Shown piece by piece: positions 20,592 to 30,147 of a stretch of 64,000 nucleotides of DNA (positions within the stretch are counted from its first letter, which is position 1; every line of letters starts with the position of its first letter). The position numbers and the translations under genes were made by a program. The stretch is from Bacilli bacterium (GTDB lineage Bacteria; Bacillota_I; Bacilli_A; RF39; UBA660), in NCBI GenBank assembly GCA_017938725.1, contig JAGBAW010000026.1, positions 9,014-73,013 of the forward strand, given 5' to 3'. The notes under the pieces are model-generated. The model saw only the letters and a list, made by a program, of their open reading frames with translations. It was not told where the DNA came from and did no database searches.

Positions 20592-21575
20592 ATGAATAAA
20601 GTCAGATATAAAAAATTAAAACCAGGAGAAATAATACCATTAACATGTGATTTCATGTTTACAGAAATATTTAATAATGAAAAAAATATGGATATAATAG
20701 AAAGTTTTATATCAAGTTACTTTGGAATAGGAATAAAAGATATCAAAGGAAATATAAAAATAATGTCAAGAAATTTAGGGATAGAAAATAAAAAAGAAAA
20801 AAATAAACAAATAGATTTATTATTAGATTATAAAGGAAATAAAATAAACATAGAATTAAATAATGATGGACCAAAAGGAAAAGGAGAAAGAAATATAGTA
20901 TATGCAAGTAAAGTACATTCAAAGAATCTAAAATATGGGGAAAGAAATTATGTAAATATATCAAAAACATTACAAATAAATTTAAACAACTATAGTTGTA
21001 ATGAGGATAGATTGATAGAAAACTATTATCTAAGAAATGAAAAAGGAAAAAAGTTAACAGAAAAGTTACAAATAGACATAGTAGATATGGAAAAAGCAAA
21101 AGATATATGTTATAATGCACATAATGAGAGAGAAAAAAGAATACAAAAATGGTGTTTAGCATTACAATCAAGAACTCTATTAGAATTAAAAAAGAATTTG
21201 GGAGAAGATATAATGAGTAAAGAAACTAAAGAGAAATTAGTAGAAAAAGTAGAAGAGTTAAGTGAAGATGAAGAGCTAATATGTCTATATACAGAATTAA
21301 GTGATAGGGAGTTAACATATAATACAATGTTATATGAAGAAACAGAAAAAGCAAGAGAAATAGCAACTAAGGAAGGTTTAGAGGAAGGAAGAAGGCAAGG
21401 AATCGAGCAGGGTATCGAACAAGGTATTGAGCAAGGTATCGAACAAGGTATTGAACAAGGTGAAAAGAGTAAATCCCTTGATATAGCTAAAAATATGTTA
21501 AAAGAAGATACCGATATTAACTTTATATCAAAAGTTACTGGTTTACCAATTGATCAAATTGAAGCTTTAAAATAA
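20592..21575 (+). CDS. Rpn/YhgA-family PD-(D/E)XK recombination-promoting nuclease / putative transposase
   Basis: N-terminal PD-(D/E)XK-like region IDLLLDYKGNKINIELN and a C-terminal (GIEQ)n tail typical of Rpn proteins. Confidence 0.6.
   Translation: MNKVRYKKLKPGEIIPLTCDFMFTEIFNNEKNMDIIESFISSYFGIGIKDIKGNIKIMSRNLGIENKKEKNKQIDLLLDYKGNKINIELNNDGPKGKGERNIVYASKVHSKNLKYGERNYVNISKTLQINLNNYSCNEDRLIENYYLRNEKGKKLTEKLQIDIVDMEKAKDICYNAHNEREKRIQKWCLALQSRTLLELKKNLGEDIMSKETKEKLVEKVEELSEDEELICLYTELSDRELTYNTMLYEETEKAREIATKEGLEEGRRQGIEQGIEQGIEQGIEQGIEQGEKSKSLDIAKNMLKEDTDINFISKVTGLPIDQIEALK
21399..21458 (+). repeat. Five tandem 12-nt repeats encoding (GIEQ)5
   Basis: ggaatcgagcag ggtatcgaacaa ggtattgagcaa ggtatcgaacaa ggtattgaacaa. 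Confidence 0.7.
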
Positions 21576-21610
21576 GGCTTTAATTATAAAGGTAAACTAT
21601 GTATATTGTT

Positions 21611-22243
21611 CTAATATAACAATTTTATCCTATTTAATTTTGTCTCAATAAAACCTTCTATTTTTAAATTTTTTATTTCTCTCATTAAAGCACTTCTATC
21701 AACTCCTAAATAGTCAGCAAGTTCTGTATAATTAAATTTAAGGTAAAATGATTTAGAAAGATTTTCTTTTTCTTGAATTTTAAAGTATTCAAGAAGTTTT
21801 TCCCTAATTGTTTTTTTTGTTAATATATCTATTCTATTATTCATATTTGATACCTTATGTGCTAGCATTTGGAGCATATTATTAATAACTTCATTGTGGT
21901 ATGGGCAAGATTTCTTGCATCTTTTTATTATGTGGTCATAATCAAATGTAATAACAGTACAATCTGATATAGCAATTACAGATAATTCATCACTATAAGA
22001 AGTAAATACTTCTCCAAATATTGAACCTTTTTCTAATTTTTCTAAGATAATTCTATTACCATTATAATCATTTTTAATTAGATTCGCATTCCCATCGATT
22101 ATTATTCCTATTATATTTGTATTTGCAAGATTTGATATTATAGTTGTATCTTTTTTATAAGCTATAGATTTTGCATTAAAACAATTAAGCATAGACTTTA
22201 CATTTTGTTCGTCAATACCTTTAAATATAGTAATTTCGTTCAT
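21611..22243 (-). CDS. Crp/Fnr family transcriptional regulator
   Basis: cNMP-binding beta-roll (GEVF) and a C-terminal HTH (LADYLGVDRSALMREIKNL). Divergent from nrdD. Confidence 0.75.
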   Translation of the reverse strand: MNEITIFKGIDEQNVKSMLNCFNAKSIAYKKDTTIISNLANTNIIGIIIDGNANLIKNDYNGNRIILEKLEKGSIFGEVFTSYSDELSVIAISDCTVITFDYDHIIKRCKKSCPYHNEVINNMLQMLAHKVSNMNNRIDILTKKTIREKLLEYFKIQEKENLSKSFYLKFNYTELADYLGVDRSALMREIKNLKIEGFIETKLNRIKLLY

Positions 22244-22379
22244 TTATAAGGCCTCCCAACATTTAATTTTTTTAATAAATAAACTAATTTAATTATATTT
22301 CAAAAAAGTTGCAAATGCAACACTATAATTAAAAAAACTTTGATATAATGATAATGTAAAAATAGGAGGAGAAAGTAGT

Positions 22380-24506
22380 ATGAAAGTTGTAAAAAGAGAT
22401 GGTAATACAGTTAATTATGATAGGAGTAAAATAAGAATTGCTATTGAAAAAGCAAATACAGAAGTTGATCCAAAGGAAAGGGCATCATCCAAGCAAATAG
22501 ATAATATTATTAAATATATTGAGGATATGAAAAAGAAAAGAATGCTAGTTGAAGACATTCAGGATGAAATTGAAAAAAAATTAATGGAGTATAAAAAATT
22601 TAATCTTGCAAAGGCTTATATTGTATATAGATATAATAGAGCCTTAATTAGAAAAGCAAATACAACAGATGAGTCAATACTTAGATTAATTAGGAATGAA
22701 AATAAAGAATTAGCGGAGGAAAACTCTAATAAAAATACAATGCTTGCTTCAACTCAAAGAGATTATATTGCGGGAGAAGTATCAAGAGATCTAACAAAAA
22801 GAATTATGCTTCCAGAAAAAATTTCAAAGGCACATGAAGAAGGTGTATTACATTTTCATGATGCAGATTATTTTGTTCAACCAATATTTAATTGTTGTTT
22901 AATTAATATATCAGATATGCTTGATAATGGGACTGTTATGAATGGTAAATTAATTGAAAGTCCAAAATCATTTCAAGTAGCATGTACTGTAACAACACAA
23001 ATAATTGCGGCAGTTGCCTCTAACCAATATGGTGGGCAGTCTGTTGATATGAAACATTTAGGTAAATATTTAAGAAAGAGTTATGAAAAATTCTATAGTA
23101 AAATTGAAAAAAAATACGGTAAAGAATTAAATAAAAAACAAATAGAGGAATTAGCAAAGGATAGACTAAAAGATGAATTATCTGCAGGCGTTCAGACAAT
23201 TCAATATCAAATTAATACATTAATGACCACAAATGGACAATCTCCTTTTGTAACTTTGTTCCTACATCTAGAAGAAGGGGATCCTTATATTGAAGAGAAT
23301 GCAATGATAATTGAAGAGATATTAAGACAAAGACTTCAAGGTATTAAAAACGAAAAAGGAGTATATGTAACACCTGCATTCCCTAAACTTGTATATGTTT
23401 TAGATGAACATAATGCGCTAAAGGGAGGTAAATATGATTATTTAACTAAACTTGCTTGTGAGTGTTCTGCTAAAAGGATGTATCCTGATTATATATCCGC
23501 AAAAAAAATGAGAGAAATTTATGAAGGTAATGTATTTAGTCCAATGGGATGTAGAAGTTTCTTATCTCCATGGAAAGATGAGAAAGGTAATTATAAATGG
23601 GAAGGTAGATTTAATCAAGGTGTAGTATCAATTAATTTACCTCAAATTGGTATATTATCTGAAGGAGATGAAGAAAAGTTCTTTAAAATTTTGGATGAGA
23701 GACTTGAGATTTGTAAAGAAGCTTTAATGTGTAGACATCATGCACTTCTTGGAACGCTGTCTGATACATCTCCAGTACACTGGCAATATGGTGCTATTTC
23801 AAGGCTTAAGAAAGGTGAAAAGATTGATAAGTTATTAAAGGGTGGATATTCAACATTATCATTAGGTTATATAGGCATATATGAGACTACAAAACTTGTA
23901 AAAGGTGTTTCACATACTACTGAAGAAGGAGAAAAATTTGCTCTTAAATTAATGAAATATTTAAGAAAAGCCTGTGATACATGGAAAAAGGAAACTGGAC
24001 TTGGTTTTGCGTTATATGGAACTCCAGCTGAAAGTTTATGCTACAGATTTGCTAGAATAGATAAAGAAAAATTTGGTAGTATAAAAGATATTACTGATAA
24101 AGACTATTATACAAATTCTTATCATGTTGATGTTAGGGAAAAAATTGATGCATTTAGTAAGTTAAAATTTGAAAGCCAATTTCAACCTATATCATCTGGT
24201 GGATGTATATCATATGTTGAAATACCTAACATGCAAAAAAATCTAGATGCATTAGAGGAACTAGTTAAATTTATATATGAAAATATTCAATATGCTGAAT
24301 TTAATACTAAGTCTGATTATTGTCATGTTTGTGGATTTGATGGTGAAATTATAATAAATGATAACAATGAATGGGAATGTCCAAATTGTGGGAATAAAGA
24401 TCATTCAAAGATGAATGTTGCAAGAAGAACCTGTGGATATCTTGGTGAAAACTTCTGGAACGTTGGTAAGACAAAAGAAATAAAGGCTAGGGTAACACAT
24501 TTATAA
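22380..24506 (+). CDS. nrdD: Anaerobic ribonucleoside-triphosphate reductase
   Basis: N-terminal ATP-cone, a C-terminal Zn ribbon (CHVCG...CPNCG) and the glycine-radical motif RRTCGYLG. Confidence 0.95.
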   Translation: MKVVKRDGNTVNYDRSKIRIAIEKANTEVDPKERASSKQIDNIIKYIEDMKKKRMLVEDIQDEIEKKLMEYKKFNLAKAYIVYRYNRALIRKANTTDESILRLIRNENKELAEENSNKNTMLASTQRDYIAGEVSRDLTKRIMLPEKISKAHEEGVLHFHDADYFVQPIFNCCLINISDMLDNGTVMNGKLIESPKSFQVACTVTTQIIAAVASNQYGGQSVDMKHLGKYLRKSYEKFYSKIEKKYGKELNKKQIEELAKDRLKDELSAGVQTIQYQINTLMTTNGQSPFVTLFLHLEEGDPYIEENAMIIEEILRQRLQGIKNEKGVYVTPAFPKLVYVLDEHNALKGGKYDYLTKLACECSAKRMYPDYISAKKMREIYEGNVFSPMGCRSFLSPWKDEKGNYKWEGRFNQGVVSINLPQIGILSEGDEEKFFKILDERLEICKEALMCRHHALLGTLSDTSPVHWQYGAISRLKKGEKIDKLLKGGYSTLSLGYIGIYETTKLVKGVSHTTEEGEKFALKLMKYLRKACDTWKKETGLGFALYGTPAESLCYRFARIDKEKFGSIKDITDKDYYTNSYHVDVREKIDAFSKLKFESQFQPISSGGCISYVEIPNMQKNLDALEELVKFIYENIQYAEFNTKSDYCHVCGFDGEIIINDNNEWECPNCGNKDHSKMNVARRTCGYLGENFWNVGKTKEIKARVTHL

Positions 24507-25036
24507 TGTACTATGCTGATATAAAAAAAGTTGATATAGCAAATGGACCAGGAGTTAGAGTTTCTTTGTTTGTAAGTGGATGTACACATCATTGTAAAGG
24601 GTGCTTTAATGAAGAAGCTTGGGATTTTAAATATGGCAAAGAATTTACTAAAAAAGAGGAAGATTATATAATTGATTTATTATCCAAAGATTATATAGAA
24701 GGTATTACATTTCTTGGAGGAGAGCCATTTGAATATGTTAATCAAAAGGGAATATTGCCATTAATCAGGAGGATAAAGCAAGAACTACCGAATAAAAGCA
24801 TATGGTGTTATTCAGGTTATACATTCGATAAGGATATATTAGGTAACATGTGTAAAAATAATGACGAAACTAAAGAACTTATTTCCTATATTGACGTTCT
24901 TGTAGATGGCAAATTTGTTTTAGAAAAGAAAAATATAAGGTTAAAGTTTAGAGGCTCTGAAAACCAGAGAATAATAGATGTTAAAGAGAGTTTAGCAAAG
25001 AATAAAGTTATACTTTTAGATAAATATATGAATTAA
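24506..25036 (+). CDS. nrdG: Anaerobic RNR activating protein (radical SAM)
   Basis: CTHHCKGCFN cluster. Overlaps the nrdD stop (ATAATG). Confidence 0.9.
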   Translation: MYYADIKKVDIANGPGVRVSLFVSGCTHHCKGCFNEEAWDFKYGKEFTKKEEDYIIDLLSKDYIEGITFLGGEPFEYVNQKGILPLIRRIKQELPNKSIWCYSGYTFDKDILGNMCKNNDETKELISYIDVLVDGKFVLEKKNIRLKFRGSENQRIIDVKESLAKNKVILLDKYMN

Positions 25037-25060
25037 AGAGGGTTTTAAAACTCTTTTTTT
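25035..25060 (+). terminator. Rho-independent terminator after nrdG
   Basis: aaagag-N10-ctcttt followed by T7. Confidence 0.5.
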
Positions 25061-25125
25061 AATTTATATTTACTTTTTTATTAAATAATGATAAAATGTA
25101 TTTAGAATAAAGAGGAGCGAATAAA

Positions 25126-25920
25126 ATGAACGATTTTTTACAAAAAGTAATGACTTTTATAAATGAAAATACATATATTTTAATTGGAATTTGCGTATTT
25201 TTAATCTTGGTTTTAATAGGATATTTAATTGATAATAGTGTTAAATCTAAAAGGGTAAGAAATGATATAAAAAATAAGGATCAAGTTCCAGAAAATATAA
25301 AGAATGAAATAATAGAAGAAGCAAATAAAGAAAAAGTAAATGTATCATCCATTACTAATGAAAAAGATGAGTTAGATTTAGAAACTAGCATATCAAAAAA
25401 GGAAGATCCAATAAGTTTAGAAATAGATGATGTTAATGTTGAAAATAGTGAAAGAGAGATACCCACAAATAATTATGGAATAAATTTAGATAGTAAACTA
25501 AATATACCTATTCAAAATTTGTCATCTAATGATATTACTTCAAATCCAAATATTGATGATATGAGTAATGATTTAATTAGCGAAAACTTAAAACTTGATA
25601 GTAATAAGTACACTAATTCTGTAAATGAGTCAGACCCTGATTTAAATATAATGCTAAAAGAAAATGATAGTAGTAAATTATATAAAAACGATAAAAAACT
25701 ATCAGAAATTTTATCAAAAGCAAATATAGAAGAAAAGAATAATAGTATAGATAGTAATATATTTGATACAGATATTTCAAATATCACGGTTAATAAAGAT
25801 GTAGAAAAAAACAAGGTTGATATAGAATCTAATAATAGTGATGATGAACTTGAAAAAATAATGAAAAAACTTTCTTCAATGAATAATAGCGAAGATGACA
25901 ATTATACTAATATTTTTTAA
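25126..25920 (+). CDS. Membrane-anchored acidic low-complexity protein
   Basis: One TM near the N-terminus, then an S/N/D/E-rich tail. Confidence 0.45.
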   Translation: MNDFLQKVMTFINENTYILIGICVFLILVLIGYLIDNSVKSKRVRNDIKNKDQVPENIKNEIIEEANKEKVNVSSITNEKDELDLETSISKKEDPISLEIDDVNVENSEREIPTNNYGINLDSKLNIPIQNLSSNDITSNPNIDDMSNDLISENLKLDSNKYTNSVNESDPDLNIMLKENDSSKLYKNDKKLSEILSKANIEEKNNSIDSNIFDTDISNITVNKDVEKNKVDIESNNSDDELEKIMKKLSSMNNSEDDNYTNIF

Positions 25921-26010
25921 ATAGAAAGGTTAATCCTTTTTATTTTTTTAAGGTAAATGTATAAAAAAAATATTATTTATGATATAATTTATATTACTGG
26001 GATGTGAGTT

Positions 26011-26709
26011 ATGAATAAACTAAAAATAATAATATTATTCTGTATAATAACACTTCTTTCTGGGTGTTCTGTGCAATATAATTTAAAAATTAATGAGGAT
26101 AATACAATTAATGAAAGTGTTGTAGCAACGGAAAAGACAAGGAGAATGGAATCATATACAAGATTAAAGGATAGACAAGCAGTTATGTATTTATATAATA
26201 TGTTTAAAAGAAAAAATGAAAATATTAATATAAATTATATAAACGAAGATACTAATACAATTGCCACTGCATTTACATCCCATAATGATATTAATGATTA
26301 TGCTAATAAGTTTAAAAGCGATGTGTTTGAAAGCATAAATATTGAGAAAAATGGTGGTGTAATTACTTTTACGGCAAATCAGAGTAAATTATTGGGCGAA
26401 AATTCAGGATATACGTTAGTATATGATGATATTACTATTAATATAGAAATCCCATACGAGGTAACTTATAATAATGCAGATAGTAATTCAGAAAGTGTTT
26501 ATACTTGGAATATAGGAAAAAATAATAACCTGAAGACAATAAAATTCTCGTATAAAGAGGGCTCTATAAAGGAAAAAATTAATGTTAAAATAAATGATAA
26601 AGTATATAATATAAATTATGGTTTAATAGCTATTGGTTCACTAATAACCATAATATTACTTATTGTAATATTTGTTTATATAAAGAATAAAAAGAATAAT
26701 ATTGTTTAG
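26011..26709 (+). CDS. Putative lipoprotein with a C-terminal TM
   Basis: Lipobox LLSGCS and a C-terminal hydrophobic helix. Confidence 0.5.
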   Translation: MNKLKIIILFCIITLLSGCSVQYNLKINEDNTINESVVATEKTRRMESYTRLKDRQAVMYLYNMFKRKNENININYINEDTNTIATAFTSHNDINDYANKFKSDVFESINIEKNGGVITFTANQSKLLGENSGYTLVYDDITINIEIPYEVTYNNADSNSESVYTWNIGKNNNLKTIKFSYKEGSIKEKINVKINDKVYNINYGLIAIGSLITIILLIVIFVYIKNKKNNIV

Positions 26710-26719
26710 GAGGATTAAT

Positions 26720-27541
26720 ATGAATTTAGAAAATTTTTTGACTATATTAAAGAAAATAATAGATATATGCTTAGTATGGATAGTATTTTATTATATTTTA
26801 AAAAACGTAAGAAAAAATGTTAAATTTTCACTTTTGTTTAAAGGAATTTTAGCCATAGCTATTATAAAGTTATTAAGTGATTATATTGGACTTACTACAG
26901 TCGGGTTATTATTTGAGTATATTATTTCTTGGGGTCCACTTGCAATTATAATAATATTTCAACCGGAAATTAGAAATGTATTAGAACAACTTGGTAAATC
27001 ACAACTTTTGGGTAGACATAAAGTATTATCAGTTACAGAAAGAGAAAAATTAGTTTCAGAACTTGGTATAGCAGTAGATTATTTAAGAAGAAATAGAATA
27101 GGTGCTTTAATAGTAATTGAAAGAGATACATCACTTTCTGAATATATTGAAAGAAGCAAAAAACTATATGCAGAAATATCAAATGAATTATTAGTAGCAA
27201 TATTCTTCCCAGATAATCCTCTTCATGATGGTGGGGTAATTATACAGGGGGATAAGATAACTTGCGCAGGTGCAGTATTCCCAACTACTGTAGATATGAA
27301 ATTTAGTAAAAGACTTGGAACAAGACATAGAGCAGCTATTGGTATATCAGAAGAATCAGACTGCCTAGCAATAGTCGTATCAGAAGAAACTGGTAGAGTA
27401 TCACTTGCAATAGGTGGTAAATTAAATTATAATTTATCAGTTGATGAACTAAAATTAATGATATTAGATGAATTGATGCCAAAATCAGATACTTTTGTTG
27501 TAGAAAGTGATGAGGAGGATGAAATAGATGAGATTAATTGA
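26720..27541 (+). CDS. cdaA: Diadenylate cyclase CdaA (DacA)
   Basis: Three N-terminal TMs and DisA_N motifs DGGVII, GAVFP and RLGTRHRAAIG. AGGAGG ribosome-binding site before ATG 26720; the track starts at TTG 26702. Confidence 0.85.
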   Translation: MNLENFLTILKKIIDICLVWIVFYYILKNVRKNVKFSLLFKGILAIAIIKLLSDYIGLTTVGLLFEYIISWGPLAIIIIFQPEIRNVLEQLGKSQLLGRHKVLSVTEREKLVSELGIAVDYLRRNRIGALIVIERDTSLSEYIERSKKLYAEISNELLVAIFFPDNPLHDGGVIIQGDKITCAGAVFPTTVDMKFSKRLGTRHRAAIGISEESDCLAIVVSEETGRVSLAIGGKLNYNLSVDELKLMILDELMPKSDTFVVESDEEDEIDEIN

Positions 27542-28859
27542 AAAAATATTTAAATTTATAGATAAAAAAATAATTGTTCCAATAACTAAATTTTTTGTAT
27601 TTGTTGGTGAAAAAATAAAAATAACTGATAAACCATTAGAAAAGGCATTATCTAAAAAAAGTAGTATGATAATATTGTCATTAGTTTTAGCAGTTATAGT
27701 ATTTTTCATAGTAGATAAACAAAATACAACACTTCTGGAGACTAATGCTGAAGTTATTTATAATGTTCCCCTAACTGCAACGTATAACAATGAAGAATAT
27801 GTTGTAGAAGGATTACCAGAAACCGTTGACATAACATTGATTGGTACAAAGGCTAATTTATATTTAGCAAAACAACTTCCAACCCAAGATGTAACAGTAG
27901 ATTTAAGTGATTTAAAGCCAGGAGTTCATAAAGTTAATTTAAGATATAAACAATCAATAACATCCGTAGAATATAAATTAGATCCATCTGCAGTAACCAT
28001 TGTTGTAAGCACAAAACAGTCAGAGACAAGGAATATTGAGTCAAATATAGTTAATTTAGATAAATTAGATTCAAAACTTGCCATTAATGATTTAAAGCTA
28101 GATTATGATGAAGTAATTATAAAGGGTACAAAGGAAAATTTATCTAAAGTATCTACAATAAAAGCATTAGTAAATGTAAATAACATGGTAGATCCAAAAG
28201 CAGGTACTAATACTTTAAGGGATGTTCCATTAGTAGCATATGATGAAAATGGTGAAAAAATGGATGTTGAAATGGTTCCATCAAAAGTAACTGCTACTAT
28301 AGAAGTTGAATCACCTAGTAAGAGTGTACCTATAGAAGTTGAAGTTAAGGGTAATGTAGTATTTGGTAAGGCTGTAAAAAACATAACTACTAACGTGCAA
28401 AAAGTTACAATTTATGGTAGCTCTGAAACATTAGATAATACAAATAAAATAAAGGTTAGTGTAGATGTCAATAATTTAAAATCTGATAAGGACTATACAA
28501 TAACTATTAAAAAACCATCTGGTATAAGAGAAATTTCAGAAAAGACAATTAATGTTAAAGTTGAACTAGATGATGAAGCAACTACTGAGTTATCTGGTGT
28601 TAAACTTGGATATATTAATTTGGGATCAAACTATACAGTCCAAGCAACAAGTGAAAGTTCTACAGAGGTATCTGTAATACTAAAAGGTGTTGAGTCAATA
28701 ATAAAGGATATTACATCTACTGAAGTAGAAGCCTATGTAGATCTTGAGGGACTTGGTGTTGGAGAACATGAGGTCGAAGTAAAAGTAAAAGGTAATGATT
28801 CAAGGGTTAACTATTCTTCAAAAGTAACAAAAACCAAAATAAAAATCGCTGAAAAATAG
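27528..28859 (+). CDS. cdaR: CdaA regulator CdaR (YbbR-like repeats)
   Basis: N-terminal TM and repeated YbbR-like beta domains. Translationally coupled to cdaA. Confidence 0.7.
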   Translation: MRLIEKIFKFIDKKIIVPITKFFVFVGEKIKITDKPLEKALSKKSSMIILSLVLAVIVFFIVDKQNTTLLETNAEVIYNVPLTATYNNEEYVVEGLPETVDITLIGTKANLYLAKQLPTQDVTVDLSDLKPGVHKVNLRYKQSITSVEYKLDPSAVTIVVSTKQSETRNIESNIVNLDKLDSKLAINDLKLDYDEVIIKGTKENLSKVSTIKALVNVNNMVDPKAGTNTLRDVPLVAYDENGEKMDVEMVPSKVTATIEVESPSKSVPIEVEVKGNVVFGKAVKNITTNVQKVTIYGSSETLDNTNKIKVSVDVNNLKSDKDYTITIKKPSGIREISEKTINVKVELDDEATTELSGVKLGYINLGSNYTVQATSESSTEVSVILKGVESIIKDITSTEVEAYVDLEGLGVGEHEVEVKVKGNDSRVNYSSKVTKTKIKIAEK

Positions 28860-28869
28860 CGATTTTTTG

Positions 28870-28898
28870 TTGACATTATATCGAAAGTTTAGTAAAAT
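28870..28898 (+). promoter_or_regulatory. Sigma-A promoter TTGACA-N17-TAAAAT for rplM-rpsI
   Basis: Exact -35 and a good -10 with a 17-nt spacer. Confidence 0.5.
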
Positions 28899-28919
28899 TT
28901 TAATTGGTACATTTATTAA

Positions 28920-28944
28920 CCCCACATATAGATTAACTGTGGGA
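28920..28944 (+). promoter_or_regulatory. Leader stem-loop upstream of rplM (candidate L13 autoregulatory leader)
   Basis: cccaca...tgtggg hairpin between the promoter and the ribosome-binding site. Confidence 0.3.
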
Positions 28945-28975
28945 AGGTTAATCTATCAAAGAAAGGGAAATATAT

Positions 28976-29407
28976 ATGAAAACATTTATGGCAAAACCAG
29001 CCGAAATTAAACGTAATTGGTATGTTATTGATGCAACAGGTATAAGTTTAGGTCGTGTTGCAACTAAGGCTGCATCTGTATTACGTGGAAAACACAAAGC
29101 AATTTATACACCTAATGTTGATTGTGGAGATTATGTAATAATAATCAATGCTGATAAAGTTAAACTTACAGGAAATAAGCTAGAACAAAAAATGTATTAT
29201 AATCATAGTGGTTATACTGGTGGATTAAGAGAAAGAACTGCTAAAGTAATGCTTGAAAAATATCCTGAAGAAATGATGGAAAGAGCTATTAAGGGAATGC
29301 TTCCTCATAATAGACTTGGTCGTAAAATGGGTAAAAAACTATTTGTATACAGAGATTCTAATCACAAACAGATTGCTCAACAACCAAAAGAAATGAAAGT
29401 AGACTAA
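28976..29407 (+). CDS. rplM: 50S ribosomal protein L13
   Basis: [20 protein letters not shown]. Confidence 0.95.
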   Translation: MKTFMAKPAEIKRNWYVIDATGISLGRVATKAASVLRGKHKAIYTPNVDCGDYVIIINADKVKLTGNKLEQKMYYNHSGYTGGLRERTAKVMLEKYPEEMMERAIKGMLPHNRLGRKMGKKLFVYRDSNHKQIAQQPKEMKVD

Positions 29408-29418
29408 GGAGGAAAATT

Positions 29419-29835
29419 ATGGCAAATAAAATTTATTATGGAACAGGTCATCGTAAAGCATCTATTGCAAAAGTAAGAATGACATCTGGTAAAGGTAATA
29501 TTACTATAAATGGAAGAGATGTTAATGAATATTTACCATTTCCAACATTAGTTATGGATTTAAAACAACCACTAGAAGCAACTAATACATTAGATAAATT
29601 TGATATTAATGTAGATGTTAAAGGTGGAGGATTCTCAGGACAAACTGGAGCTATTCGTTTAGGTATAACAAGAGCATTATTAGAATATGATAAGAATACT
29701 GACCCTGCATCAGAAACTTCTTTTAGGAGAATTCTAAAAATGAAAGGGTTTATTACCAGAGATTCTAGAGTTAAAGAACGTAAGAAACCGGGCCTTAAAA
29801 AGGCACGTAAAGCACCACAATTTTCAAAACGTTAA
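29419..29835 (+). CDS. rpsI: 30S ribosomal protein S9
   Basis: C-terminus [17 protein letters not shown]. Confidence 0.95.
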   Translation: MANKIYYGTGHRKASIAKVRMTSGKGNITINGRDVNEYLPFPTLVMDLKQPLEATNTLDKFDINVDVKGGGFSGQTGAIRLGITRALLEYDKNTDPASETSFRRILKMKGFITRDSRVKERKKPGLKKARKAPQFSKR

Positions 29836-29844
29836 TATTGCGAG

Positions 29845-29873
29845 AAAAAATATCCTTTACGGATATTTTTTTG
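29845..29873 (+). terminator. Rho-independent terminator after rpsI
   Basis: atatcc-tttac-ggatat plus a T-run. Confidence 0.6.
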
Positions 29874-30137
29874 TTAGAAATTTAATTTATTTTTATCTAA
29901 GTACCCTATCACTATACCATTTGATACAAAATATATTCTATCGTTAAATGGTAGATTGTGAGTATTTAAATAATTTACACATTCCTCAATAATTTTATTT
30001 TGTTTCTTATTTTTTGTATTAATATCATCTGCAAATTCATAATTGTTATCAAGAAATAGGTAAATATATCTACTATTCAAAATTTTAAATCCATTAAACA
30101 TAGTTATCACCATTATTATAATGGTAAATAAATACAT
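29874..30137 (-). CDS. Hypothetical small protein
   Basis: ORF of 75-87 aa upstream of the PLC-like gene on the same strand. Confidence 0.3.
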   Translation of the reverse strand: MYLFTIIIMVITMFNGFKILNSRYIYLFLDNNYEFADDINTKNKKQNKIIEECVNYLNTHNLPFNDRIYFVSNGIVIGYLDKNKLNF

Positions 30138-30147
30138 ATATTATTCA

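Noticed and set aside
21399-21458. A CRISPR-like or minisatellite array
   Set aside because: It is a 12-nt in-frame coding repeat, (GIEQ)5, inside the Rpn gene. There are no spacers, and no other CRISPR-like arrays were seen in the window.
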